This document shows, in pieces, positions 8,465 through 18,324 of a stretch of 64,000 bases of DNA (position 1 is its first letter; each line of letters begins with the position of its first letter). The DNA comes from a virus. Position numbers and translations under genes: made by a program. Under the pieces are notes generated by a model. It had not been told where the DNA came from. It worked only from the letters and a program-made list of their open reading frames with translations, and did not search any database. Location of the stretch: the IMG/VR virus record IMGVR_UViG_3300049893_002799, positions 17,273 through 81,272 of that record; one strand, given 5' to 3'.

Positions 8465-10804
8465 TTAGAGTTCTTGGACCGTCATAGATCTATTCAGGAG
8501 CCCTGATGTAGTGGTTCCAGCCGTTCTAGACCTAAAATAACAATCTATTTTATGCTGTCCAGCAGGCAATCTTACTATACAGGAAACAGAGTGCCAGTAA
8601 TATCTACCGGCAACTGCCTGCTCTGTCATAGAATCTACCGATACAGCTGCTCCATTAACAAATATCTGTAAACTTGACTGTCCATCTATAGTTCCATGAA
8701 CAAGAGCGGCCTGTGCCTGGATACTAAAAGTTTTGTCTGTTGAAGCATATACTGTAGTACTTAAATCAGCAAGTGGTACAAAAGTTGTTAAAGCAGTCGA
8801 TGGTCCCGACGAAACAGCTGCTGTTTGTGCCCACACCTTCACCGGAGTAACCTGCTGCTCACTGAACTTGCGCTTGTCCATCATCGCACAGCTACCAACA
8901 GCGAGGGTGTTCTGGAGTACACCTGGACCGTTGAAGACTGGAGCGTGGACTGGGGTGATGATGTCGATTGCTTGTGACAACATGTAAGAACTGGCCACAT
9001 TATTAGTGGCTCTTACCTTATATAGTGCCAACGGTAAATTAGATACCCTTATACCGCATCCACTAGTACTAGCTGCATCGTTAAAGTCTGCTATGCCAGT
9101 ACTTGCAGTAAAAGTTACACCAGTTCCATAGGCACTCGTGTTTCCGGATATAGTCGGAAAGTTTGTGGTATTTAAGTTTTGAAGAGAACCACCTGAAGAT
9201 AGGTTCTGAAGACTAAACTGTATACTAGACGATATATTCGATGCAGCCGAGGATCTGTACTCAAACCCAGTACCAAAAAATGTGTACTCGAAGTAGGCGT
9301 TTAACCTGTTCGTCTCTCCTCCAAATCCAGTAGGCAACGAAGGTAAAGGTGCGCCTCCAACTGACCAATCTACAGAGCCAGTACTTCCATTAACGTAAAC
9401 TAATTCTCTAGCTCCAGATTTGCGCAATGTCCCTGCTGCTATTGTATCTATGCTTGCTGTAGAATTTGGACTAAAATCCCCCATCAAGTAGTACTGTCCC
9501 AAAGATACAGCTCCAGACGGCAGAGAAGGCGCAGTTGGGGCATAGACGATAAACTGATGTACACACGGTATAAAAGTAGAGGCCGCCGTCCTAGTCATTT
9601 TGATAGTATGAGTGCCGTAAGACAAACCAGATACTATCTTCTCTACTCGTTTTGTAGTAGATCCAGTAGTGTTCAGGTTACCTGCTGATGCACCATCTAT
9701 TGTAATTGCATATGTATCTGATCCACCTGATGCACTATCTTGTCGAACGATGTCTAATCCAGTCCCTATAAATGTTATAACCCAAAAATCACCGTTGTTA
9801 GCTACAGCTAAAGCTTCTGGTGTATCTGCCCTAACGTGTACATTCTGTCCAACCAAGGTAGTTGTTCCGTCATCTAAGGTAAAGGCTCTATTACTCGTAG
9901 TACTTGTTAAACTACTAAAATCATCAGTCCGTCCAGCCCCAAACTCACGCCAGTGGTAGGTGCGAATCACCTCTTCGTTGGCATGATTGGCGCTAGTTAA
10001 AGTTAGTGCTGCACCCGTATCCGCATACCTGATATCTTTAGCGATCGTTCCGTCGGCCTTCTGGTACACCAGCACGCATCCACCCTTGGTGCCTGCTGTG
10101 CCGTAGGTGTTCGTGAAGCCTGAGCTGTACGAAGACGTGGTGAGGGACGGAGAATACAGCCTACGTCCGCCTGCATAGCTGGTGCCTGGAGTCTGCTGGA
10201 TGGTGGAGTTGGTGTTGAGGACTTCGTAGCCAAATATGAGAAAAGTACCGTTTACAATACCTACTTTAACCGTGTGTAACCCTAATGAAAGGTTTGATGC
10301 TATATTAATTACTCTGTTCATAGAATAATTGCGACCACCTAAAATACCTGAGCCAATATTTAATATATTTGACTGAGCCACTCCATCGATCGATACACTG
10401 ATGTCTCTTGCAGCTACATCGGTGTAGGTGAGTAAATTGAGACCTGTACCATAAAACGTAATTTCGGCATAAGAACCTAGAACATCTGTATAGCAACTCT
10501 GCCCAGAAGCAGAGTTGCTAGAGAACCAGCCCCCAACCATTCTTATAGCATCGTGCTGATCGTTCATCGGTTTGAATACTCTCTCACCGTTGGGTCCAGT
10601 CTCACCCTGAATCTCTTGGATGCTCTGTATCATCACTCGCTCGACACCGAAACGAGGCATAAGATCTTGGCTGAAGTCGGTGCACTGAGCGCGCTTGACT
10701 ACAGTGGTGTATGGAGCGGCTACCTTTGATAGATTAACAAAAGATCCAGCACTCGCGCTAACGGATTGATCAAGCTGCTGTATCTGTATTGGTGACTTAC
10801 TCAT
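8465..10804 (-). CDS. receptor-binding/tail fibre-associated protein, paralog 1 (three beta-sandwich repeats + C-terminal domain)
   Basis: Repeated TFxGTGL...DG...LSxGxHTV/I units; paralogous to 11246-13594 and 18325-20664; next to a fibre chaperone. Confidence 0.7.
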   Translation of the reverse strand: MSKSPIQIQQLDQSVSASAGSFVNLSKVAAPYTTVVKRAQCTDFSQDLMPRFGVERVMIQSIQEIQGETGPNGERVFKPMNDQHDAIRMVGGWFSSNSASGQSCYTDVLGSYAEITFYGTGLNLLTYTDVAARDISVSIDGVAQSNILNIGSGILGGRNYSMNRVINIASNLSLGLHTVKVGIVNGTFLIFGYEVLNTNSTIQQTPGTSYAGGRRLYSPSLTTSSYSSGFTNTYGTAGTKGGCVLVYQKADGTIAKDIRYADTGAALTLTSANHANEEVIRTYHWREFGAGRTDDFSSLTSTTSNRAFTLDDGTTTLVGQNVHVRADTPEALAVANNGDFWVITFIGTGLDIVRQDSASGGSDTYAITIDGASAGNLNTTGSTTKRVEKIVSGLSYGTHTIKMTRTAASTFIPCVHQFIVYAPTAPSLPSGAVSLGQYYLMGDFSPNSTASIDTIAAGTLRKSGARELVYVNGSTGSVDWSVGGAPLPSLPTGFGGETNRLNAYFEYTFFGTGFEYRSSAASNISSSIQFSLQNLSSGGSLQNLNTTNFPTISGNTSAYGTGVTFTASTGIADFNDAASTSGCGIRVSNLPLALYKVRATNNVASSYMLSQAIDIITPVHAPVFNGPGVLQNTLAVGSCAMMDKRKFSEQQVTPVKVWAQTAAVSSGPSTALTTFVPLADLSTTVYASTDKTFSIQAQAALVHGTIDGQSSLQIFVNGAAVSVDSMTEQAVAGRYYWHSVSCIVRLPAGQHKIDCYFRSRTAGTTTSGLLNRSMTVQEL

Positions 10805-10815
10805 CTAATCCCTCT

Positions 10816-11217
10816 TTATGGTTGTGCTGGCCAAACAATTGCTTCTACGCTTAAACTATCTTCTGGAAGATCGCGCAGTGCTTGACGATATGCTGCCCAA
10901 GCTGCCTTCTGGCTCTCTGATAGAGGAGCATCGACAAGCTGTGTCCAGTCGCATGCCGCAAGTTTGGCGTTTCTCTCTGCTCGCATTGCTTCCCAGCTTG
11001 GACTATTTCTCTCAAGGCTGTCGACTAGCTCAAGCTCTCCGTCTTCGTTCTCTACTACTTTAGCGTTAGACGGACTGATACCTTCTGGTACTTCTAGCCA
11101 GCAGTGCTCTGCCCCTAGTTCTCCAGAGGCACTTTTGCCTGCGTCGTCGACACATCTTATCATCTTTTTATAATCAGGAGACTCACTGTTCTTGTCTACC
11201 ATCCACCAAAATGCCAT
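10816..11217 (-). CDS. tail fibre assembly chaperone
   Basis: RAERNAKLAACDWTQLVDAPL...WAAYRQALRDLP...WP signature. Confidence 0.85.
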   Translation of the reverse strand: MAFWWMVDKNSESPDYKKMIRCVDDAGKSASGELGAEHCWLEVPEGISPSNAKVVENEDGELELVDSLERNSPSWEAMRAERNAKLAACDWTQLVDAPLSESQKAAWAAYRQALRDLPEDSLSVEAIVWPAQP

Positions 11218-11245
11218 ATCACATCTCTTCTAGTTGTTTGTTTAA

Positions 11246-13594
11246 TTATAGCTCGCGCACCGTCAGTGTACGGTTAGCAGATACAGCTGTTACTGTCATA
11301 CCAACGTTCTCGTTCCACCAGTAGACATCTATCTTGTGTGTTCCAGCTGGGACCTGAAATACTCGCTGCAGGTTAGACTCAAAAGTTGCTCCACCAGTCT
11401 GAAGATACTTTGAAGAACCAGGCGGCTGTATTACACCGTTTATGAATATGAGAGCAGAAGATGTATAGCTGTTTACTGAGTTACTCATGTTACCAGCAAA
11501 GGAGACAACAATTGGGTTACCGCTAGTCTTGATAGTACACGACATATCAGGAACAGGGATGTATGTGGCAGCTGGAGAACTTAAAGTTGGATTACCAGAT
11601 ATTCCAATAGCCTGTGTCCAGGGCTTGATCGTCGGGATCTGCTTAGCATCAAAGGATCTCTTGTCCATGATTGCACAGCTGCCGACAGATAGCACATTCT
11701 GAAGCACGCCTGGACCGTTGAAAGCTGGAGCATGGACTGGAGTGATTACATCCATGCTGTTTATGTTTATGCCAGCAACGCCGGTACATGTGAGTGTAAC
11801 CTTATACAGTCCAAAGCCAAGCCCGCTGATGTTGAGTCCACATCCGTCAGATGCATTTGCTGTACCTGTACCGCTTGCTGCAGTAAAGGAGTTTCCATAA
11901 ACAGATACCGTATATCCGCTGAAGTTCGTGATGGTTGTGTTGGTTAGTATATTCAAAACAGAGATGGAATAGGTGGTTGCACCGTTGAATCTCAGATCAA
12001 AGCCAGATCCTAGGAATATGGAGCTAGCAGTTCCGCCGTTGGTCGTACCTTGAACCGCCTGTCCTGTAGGTGCTGTAAGAACATTTATTGCAGACCATGT
12101 GCCTGTATATACCCATTCCCTTAAACTTGCTTTACGCAACAGACCCTGCCCAATCCTGTCATGTGCTACCGTAGTATTGGGACTATAATCCCCCATCAAG
12201 TAGTACTGCCCAAGCGCAACTGCGCCAGATGGAAGAGTAGGAGTTTTAGGAGCATAAACTACTAGCTGGTGGATGCCTACCGTAAATATGTTAGGGACAT
12301 TTCGCTGTATTCTAACTACGTGGGTGCCGTACTGCAACCCAGAGCAGATTTTTTGTACAACTTTCAGATCAGTAGTAGCTGTTTGGGTCCAGTTACCTAC
12401 AGAAACTCCGTCTATAAATACCTCGTAGGCATTGGCATTGGTCTGTGTACCGGTTCCGTCACCGCTCCATACTACGTCTAGACCAGTGCCGACAAAAGTG
12501 AACACAGCAAATCCAGTACTATTACTAACGATGTTTAGAGCATCGTTGGTGCTTCTTGCTTGTACGTCATTACAATTCAATCCAGTTACGTTGTCATCTA
12601 GTGTAAAATAGCGATCAGTTGTTGCTGTTGTTACTGTACTAAAATCATCAAAAGCCTGTCCAGCATTAGCAGTATGTCTTCCGCACCCAAACTCTCTCCA
12701 GTAATACGTTCTAACTACCTCTTCATCAGCCCTGTCTGCAGCAGATATAGAAGATAGGTAGGTTGCAGCACTGGATCTTGTGGGTGTAAGTGCTTTAGCT
12801 ATAGTTCCATCAGATTTCTGGTATACAAGTACGCATCCACCTTTTGTGCCTAGAGTACCTGACTCAAAGTTTGCACTATATGAAGATGTTGTAAGAGAAG
12901 ACGCTGTAAGTAGCTTGCCGTTGACAGTAGAGCTGCCTGGAGTATACTGTAGAGTACTGTTTGTGTTAAGGACTTCGTAGCCCAAAGTATATACTGTAGC
13001 CGTTGTCGAGACGATCCTTACAGTATGTACACCTAATGTTAGACCGCTGACTAAGTTAAATACTAAATTTGGAGAATAACTTCTCTGATTTATCGCGGGG
13101 CTTACTTGATTATTTACTGTAGACGACAATACGCCGTCGACGTAAACTTGCATCGCTCGGTTTGTTCCGTCTCCATAGCACAGTATGTTGAGGCCAGTTC
13201 CATAAAAAGTAATCTCAGAGTACGAGTTAAGTGTAACACCCACAAGTTGACCGCTGTAATCATTCTGCTGACCTATTGAGCCAACAAACCTTATGGCATC
13301 ATGCTGGTCATTAATTGGCTTGAATACTCGCTCGCCGTTCGGTCCAAACTCATTCTGTACTTCTTGCATAGCTTGTACTACTATACGGTCTATACCAAAC
13401 CTTGGAAGAAGGTCGTTTGAGAGGTCAGTCATCTTGGAGCGACCAATAATAGTAGAGTGGAACAGTCCAGCAGATGGGGCTCCAGTAGCTGTAGTAGCTG
13501 TACGATAAGTTAAGTTAACAACAGGAGTTCGGAGTGAAACTCCAAGTCCAGTAACTGCTGACTCTATAGAATCTATGCGTGGAGAACTTGCCAT
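11246..13594 (-). CDS. receptor-binding/tail fibre-associated protein, paralog 2
   Basis: Same architecture and linkers (GTKGGCVLVYQK, YxWREFG, LGQYYLM, FNGPGVLQN) as paralogs 1 and 3. Confidence 0.7.
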   Translation of the reverse strand: MASSPRIDSIESAVTGLGVSLRTPVVNLTYRTATTATGAPSAGLFHSTIIGRSKMTDLSNDLLPRFGIDRIVVQAMQEVQNEFGPNGERVFKPINDQHDAIRFVGSIGQQNDYSGQLVGVTLNSYSEITFYGTGLNILCYGDGTNRAMQVYVDGVLSSTVNNQVSPAINQRSYSPNLVFNLVSGLTLGVHTVRIVSTTATVYTLGYEVLNTNSTLQYTPGSSTVNGKLLTASSLTTSSYSANFESGTLGTKGGCVLVYQKSDGTIAKALTPTRSSAATYLSSISAADRADEEVVRTYYWREFGCGRHTANAGQAFDDFSTVTTATTDRYFTLDDNVTGLNCNDVQARSTNDALNIVSNSTGFAVFTFVGTGLDVVWSGDGTGTQTNANAYEVFIDGVSVGNWTQTATTDLKVVQKICSGLQYGTHVVRIQRNVPNIFTVGIHQLVVYAPKTPTLPSGAVALGQYYLMGDYSPNTTVAHDRIGQGLLRKASLREWVYTGTWSAINVLTAPTGQAVQGTTNGGTASSIFLGSGFDLRFNGATTYSISVLNILTNTTITNFSGYTVSVYGNSFTAASGTGTANASDGCGLNISGLGFGLYKVTLTCTGVAGININSMDVITPVHAPAFNGPGVLQNVLSVGSCAIMDKRSFDAKQIPTIKPWTQAIGISGNPTLSSPAATYIPVPDMSCTIKTSGNPIVVSFAGNMSNSVNSYTSSALIFINGVIQPPGSSKYLQTGGATFESNLQRVFQVPAGTHKIDVYWWNENVGMTVTAVSANRTLTVREL

Positions 13595-13651
13595 CTTATT
13601 TCCTCATTTTCTTAACTTATTCTACCTTATTATTTATCAGCGTAGAATGCT

Positions 13652-14839
13652 TTATAGTTCGGCGTCGGCTGCCCAATGACCGCGATATGATGTACTGCCG
13701 CCACCTACTGTTTGATAAATATTAAAACATCTATCCGCCACAACAGGAACACCTAATGTTCCAGCTACGTTTGTCGTCGATAGCCAAGCACCTGTATTAT
13801 TACCATAAAAAGTAATACCTGAAGTTCCTCTTTTTGTTACTTTAAAACTTATACAAGCTGTATCGTTGGCTGTAGCACCAGCAGTAAAAGTATTCTGTGC
13901 TCCAACTTCAGTTAATAGCGTAGATGCCGATCCACCATTAGCTGGAACTGTATTTATCTCAAAGCTCTTCTCGTAGTATCTCTGACACATGGCTAGCTCG
14001 TCACCAACCGTGCGTCCAGCTCGCTTAAAAGGTATGTCTATTGTAGAGGCAAAAGAACCTACATAAAGAGCCATTTGCGCTATTTGAAATGTAGCCGACG
14101 AGGTTCCTAACCAATTAGTTTGTCCAGATGCACCAAGCTTATTGCCGGATTCCCAGGTATCTAGTGTCGTAGCCACTGCTGTTCCTACAGAAAGAGCAAT
14201 ACCGATAGTTAGAGCACTATTATTATCAAATACCCATGTGCCACCAGTATCCATTGCAATATCTTTGGTTATTTTTGTCCATGTATTGGCCGACGATATT
14301 GTGAAAGTAGTTACTCTTGATCTAGTTTGTGCTGCATTTTGAAGATATATGCTATAAGTTCCAGTTAAACTAGTTTTAGCCCAAAACTGAACCCTAATTG
14401 TTTTTTGATGTATATAGGCAAAATCTAGACCCTCCATCTTATATTGGATATTAGCATAAATATTGCCGCTAGGTGTTGTAGTAGAGTTAGCAGTAGCTAA
14501 TAGACTATATGAACTCTGAAATCCAGACTGAGCAACTGTAGGCACATCCGTGGATCGTGTTACAGTGACTGAGTTTGCTACTGTATTTTGAAAGAAAAAT
14601 CTATCAGCAGTATATAGGTTAGTGTTGTTAACTATAGAAAACGTTGTGTTTCTCTGCCAAAAATCAAAGTTTCCGTTGATGATCAGGTTAGGCACGTCGT
14701 TTCCAAGCATAACGCCGGATATCGGCTGCTGAAACGTGTGTGTACCAGACCATGTTTTATTTCCAGCAACAGTCTGCGTTCCGGCGGTGAGTTCTCCACC
14801 GTTGCTAGCTGATGCGTCTTTCCTCACAAGTTCAGTCAT
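13652..14839 (-). CDS. tail fibre protein (NLIINGNFDFWQR domain)
   Basis: QTVAGNKTW shaft motif, NLIINGNFDFWQR, ELAMCQRYYEKS, ADAEL C-terminus typical of phage fibre domains. Confidence 0.75.
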   Translation of the reverse strand: MTELVRKDASASNGGELTAGTQTVAGNKTWSGTHTFQQPISGVMLGNDVPNLIINGNFDFWQRNTTFSIVNNTNLYTADRFFFQNTVANSVTVTRSTDVPTVAQSGFQSSYSLLATANSTTTPSGNIYANIQYKMEGLDFAYIHQKTIRVQFWAKTSLTGTYSIYLQNAAQTRSRVTTFTISSANTWTKITKDIAMDTGGTWVFDNNSALTIGIALSVGTAVATTLDTWESGNKLGASGQTNWLGTSSATFQIAQMALYVGSFASTIDIPFKRAGRTVGDELAMCQRYYEKSFEINTVPANGGSASTLLTEVGAQNTFTAGATANDTACISFKVTKRGTSGITFYGNNTGAWLSTTNVAGTLGVPVVADRCFNIYQTVGGGSTSYRGHWAADAEL

Positions 14840-14897
14840 ATGTTTAGTTCCTTATTGAATATCGCTTTATTATCTATTGAAAACATGTGCTAATTCT

Positions 14898-15464
14898 TCA
14901 TGACATAGAAGTGCCGGTAAGTTCCTCGACGATAAATATTCCTGATTCCAAAGTGCCACCACCCAAAGTACCAGCGCTATTAGGGTTATCATAATAATCT
15001 AATGCGAAATATATACGATCATTTGCGGTTAATGATCCTATAAATTCAGTACTGCACATTGCGTAAGGCCTATTAGATCCCACAGAGCCATTTTGCGATT
15101 GATTAAAGCCTCTTGTACCTATTTGTGAACCAGCAGCAAAAGTGCCTAGTGAAGCTGATTTTCTGATATGTAGTATTATTCTAATGCCGTTATTCAATGT
15201 AGTAGTACCAGTCCCCCCACATTGAACAAATATGCGATAAATACCTGTTCTTGGTATATCAATCGAAGATAAATTAGCGCTTAATGTTCCAATATCAACG
15301 GTACTAGTTTGAGCTGTTCCGGTTATATTTGACGTTTCGCTTTTGTACTTTATAAATCTAGTACCGGATTTTAGCTGTCCACTGAACGTCTTATCGCCAG
15401 CAAAAGTCTGTGCTCCGCCTGTAACATTCTGTCCAGCTTGAGTACTGTGTGAATAGTCAGCCAT
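14898..15464 (-). CDS. short tail fibre-like protein
   Basis: QTFAGDKTF shaft motif plus C-terminal beta domain. Confidence 0.6.
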   Translation of the reverse strand: MADYSHSTQAGQNVTGGAQTFAGDKTFSGQLKSGTRFIKYKSETSNITGTAQTSTVDIGTLSANLSSIDIPRTGIYRIFVQCGGTGTTTLNNGIRIILHIRKSASLGTFAAGSQIGTRGFNQSQNGSVGSNRPYAMCSTEFIGSLTANDRIYFALDYYDNPNSAGTLGGGTLESGIFIVEELTGTSMS

Positions 15465-16615
15465 TATGCCCTCACAATCCAGCCGCGAGAAGAGCTCACG
15501 AATATGAACTCAGCCCAGGCGTTATTAACGTTGATGATGTAGTTGTCTGCGGTACCTAAGATGTTGTTACCGTTTCTGCTCACTGTCAGGTTGAACGTGC
15601 CGAACGTGCTCATCGCATCCATAAGTACAACTCGGTCCCCGATGCTTGGTGAGGCAGGAAGAACGAAGGTTCCGGCGCCAGTGGTGGTGTCGAACAGCAC
15701 CTGATCTACTGGACCGACACCTGTTCTGTCTGAGAGAGAGCTGGTGCTAGATATAGACCTGTATCTCTGCAGCTTCTGCACGTTGTCGCCGAAACTCTTG
15801 AGGTCGACATTGTTAGGAGCAGCTTGGTATGTAGAAGTTGGGTTACCCGTTGCCAGCGCAAGGTCTGGAATCATCTTGTCTATCTGTCCAGCCAGACTCT
15901 CGATAGCTTGATCGCGAGAGGCGCTTGGACGGTTTACGAGAAGACCGTTACTGATGACGAGCACATTCCTGTCGTACGCCTCAGTGGAGTTCATGCGGAT
16001 GATTGTGCCTAGTCCAGAACCGTTGTCGACTTCCTGGTAGTTGCCGTCAGCAGAAGGCGATGCGGTAGCGTTGCCGCTGTTGCGGAACTGCTGTACACCG
16101 TCGACGAACACGAGCACTGCACCAGCTTGCTTAGTTGGGTACTTGTTTACCTCAAAAGCCTCTGTTGTAGTGAAGTCCTGCTGCGTAGCAAGAAGGGTTC
16201 CAGATGCTACGAGCATGGAGGCATCTACAACTTCAAGCCCGGTAGAGGGCGAGTGGTCGACGATACCTATGAAGATCTCGTCTGCGTCGGCTGTCCAACC
16301 GTTGAAGTTGATCTGGTAGCTAGAAGAGATCGTGTAGGACAAGAAGTCCTGCAAGGTACCTTTTGACGAGCTGATGAGTGTTAGGTTCTTGCGGAAGAAC
16401 AAGAGCTTGGCAGCAGTGATCTGTGCAGCAGTCGGCTGAACAAAACCAGCAGAAGACATCTCAGTGGGAGTTGTCAGAGATAGAAGGTTGATGCCGGTAG
16501 CACCAGCTGTAGCCTTATGCGCAAAAACCAACTTTTGGAACGCTATTGCAATAGGCTTAGAGCCTTCCAAATCTTGTTTTCTTATCGATGTAGCACCCGT
16601 TCCTGTTATAGCCAT
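15464..16615 (-). CDS. virion/tail fibre-associated protein
   Basis: C-terminal LPASPSIGDRVVLMD...NLTVSRNGNNI...GW module seen in fibre proteins; GC-rich coding. Confidence 0.65.
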   Translation of the reverse strand: MAITGTGATSIRKQDLEGSKPIAIAFQKLVFAHKATAGATGINLLSLTTPTEMSSAGFVQPTAAQITAAKLLFFRKNLTLISSSKGTLQDFLSYTISSSYQINFNGWTADADEIFIGIVDHSPSTGLEVVDASMLVASGTLLATQQDFTTTEAFEVNKYPTKQAGAVLVFVDGVQQFRNSGNATASPSADGNYQEVDNGSGLGTIIRMNSTEAYDRNVLVISNGLLVNRPSASRDQAIESLAGQIDKMIPDLALATGNPTSTYQAAPNNVDLKSFGDNVQKLQRYRSISSTSSLSDRTGVGPVDQVLFDTTTGAGTFVLPASPSIGDRVVLMDAMSTFGTFNLTVSRNGNNILGTADNYIINVNNAWAEFIFVSSSRGWIVRA

Positions 16616-16666
16616 ATAGTTAGTTCCCTATGGAATTTTTTTATTAAAAACATATACTAAAAGATA

Positions 16667-18280
16667 TCAACTATCCGATATCTTTGTGCCCTGAAACCAT
16701 GTATAGTGTTTTAAACCATGTATTGTAAAGGTCCCTGCAGAAGAGTTTGAATAACCGACTCCTACCTTGGTCCCTGCTGTCAAATACATTAGAACAGAAA
16801 CGTATATAGAAAAATCATCAGCCACACCTTTAGTATTCATGAAATAATGAGTGCCATATATTTCACCTGTATTATGGTTTCTAATATTTAAGGAACTATT
16901 AGAACCTGCTGCCATATTAACTAGCATATTTGTAGAAAATAACCAAGTACCAGTTGATGGTATTGTATACCCATTTGCAGAAAATCCACCCACATTATCA
17001 AAGGCAAAGCTACTTCCAAGTCCAAAGTCTACTGTTTGGGTTACACCAGCTCCCGTATAGGATCCGTTAACAGCATTTTTATCGACTCTAAAAGATGGCT
17101 TATCAACCAAAACCTGCTCACCCTGAAACATCTTACCGGATCTCTTGAACACCAAACTGGTATTAGAACTAAAACTACCGGGTACGAGCATGACTTGGGC
17201 GATATTAAAAGTAGTAGCAGATGTTGAACCCCAGTTTACTTGACTTGACGAACCAAGTGCTACAGCAGGACCGCCGGTTGTGGTCCATGCTCCAGGAGAT
17301 ATGGTGCGATTCGATCCAGCTGCTAGTATGAAAGAAATATCCAAACCTGTACCACTATCTAATAACCAGGTTCCAGAATTATCAGTAACGAAATCTATCG
17401 TTTTCTTTTCCCACGTGTTTGCTGCATTTATCGTGTAGTTGATAGCCATCGCGCGAGCATAATTGCTATTTCCTAGAGCAACTGAATACGTACCAGTAGT
17501 AGTAGATTTAACCCAAAACTGCAGTCTAACAGTCTGTGCATTGTGTATGGCCTGATATTCATATCCATCAACACGGTACGTGAGATATAGGTAGTCGTTC
17601 ACACCCGGAATAATCGCAGAGCCGGGTTTACTGATCGACATGCTGTATTGGCTGTTGAAACCAGACTGTGCAAAAGTTGGAACAGACGTGTCTCTGCTTA
17701 AAGTGAGTAAACTAGCGTATGCTCCGCTGAACCAAGTACGAAACTTGTCGGCGAGATAAACAGAACCTGTTGGGTTTACAGAAGATGTCCCGCGCTGCCA
17801 GTAGTCGAAGTTCCCGTTGATGATCAGGTTAGGGTAGTCATTGCCGAGCACGACACCCGTGATAGGCTGCGTAAAAATATTAGCGTTGATGCTGTCGATA
17901 CCTGGCTCAGTTGGGTTGATGCCTGTAGCAAAGTCTATGCTCGTGCTACCCTGAAGCGTCGTGAAAATACCGATAGGTTTGTATGATGTAAAACCAGTGG
18001 GTCCAGTAGAGATACCTGCTAAGCTTGCTACAAGCGCAAGATTTCCAGCAGATACTACCGCGTACACGTAGTAGGTTGAGTTAGCAGCGATCGAGCCGGT
18101 ATCGATGCCGTTGGCACCCGAAGCTGCGGTGCTCAGCGTGATTGTTGCGGAAGGAACGTACTGCTGGCCGCCAACGGTGACGCAGACCGGTTTCCCTGCA
18201 TTAGTTGCTGCTAGAGTAATACTAGTAGTACTAGCTTTCACTATATTTGGTATGTTGTCTGGTCTTAGTACCTGTCCCAT
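16667..18280 (-). CDS. tail fibre protein (NLIINGNFDYWQR domain + C1q-like C-terminus)
   Basis: GIDTGSIAANSTYYVYAV, NLIINGNFDYWQR; paralog of 13652-14839. Confidence 0.72.
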   Translation of the reverse strand: MGQVLRPDNIPNIVKASTTSITLAATNAGKPVCVTVGGQQYVPSATITLSTAASGANGIDTGSIAANSTYYVYAVVSAGNLALVASLAGISTGPTGFTSYKPIGIFTTLQGSTSIDFATGINPTEPGIDSINANIFTQPITGVVLGNDYPNLIINGNFDYWQRGTSSVNPTGSVYLADKFRTWFSGAYASLLTLSRDTSVPTFAQSGFNSQYSMSISKPGSAIIPGVNDYLYLTYRVDGYEYQAIHNAQTVRLQFWVKSTTTGTYSVALGNSNYARAMAINYTINAANTWEKKTIDFVTDNSGTWLLDSGTGLDISFILAAGSNRTISPGAWTTTGGPAVALGSSSQVNWGSTSATTFNIAQVMLVPGSFSSNTSLVFKRSGKMFQGEQVLVDKPSFRVDKNAVNGSYTGAGVTQTVDFGLGSSFAFDNVGGFSANGYTIPSTGTWLFSTNMLVNMAAGSNSSLNIRNHNTGEIYGTHYFMNTKGVADDFSIYVSVLMYLTAGTKVGVGYSNSSAGTFTIHGLKHYTWFQGTKISDS

Positions 18281-18306
18281 TTATTTCCTCTTATGTATTC
18301 GTCACT

Positions 18307-18315
18307 ATTATATCA
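18307..18315 (-). promoter_or_regulatory. extended -10 promoter TGATATAAT
   Basis: Intergenic, upstream of 16667-18280; no TTGACA-like -35 at 17-bp spacing. Confidence 0.55.
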
Positions 18316-18324
18316 ATAAGTGAT

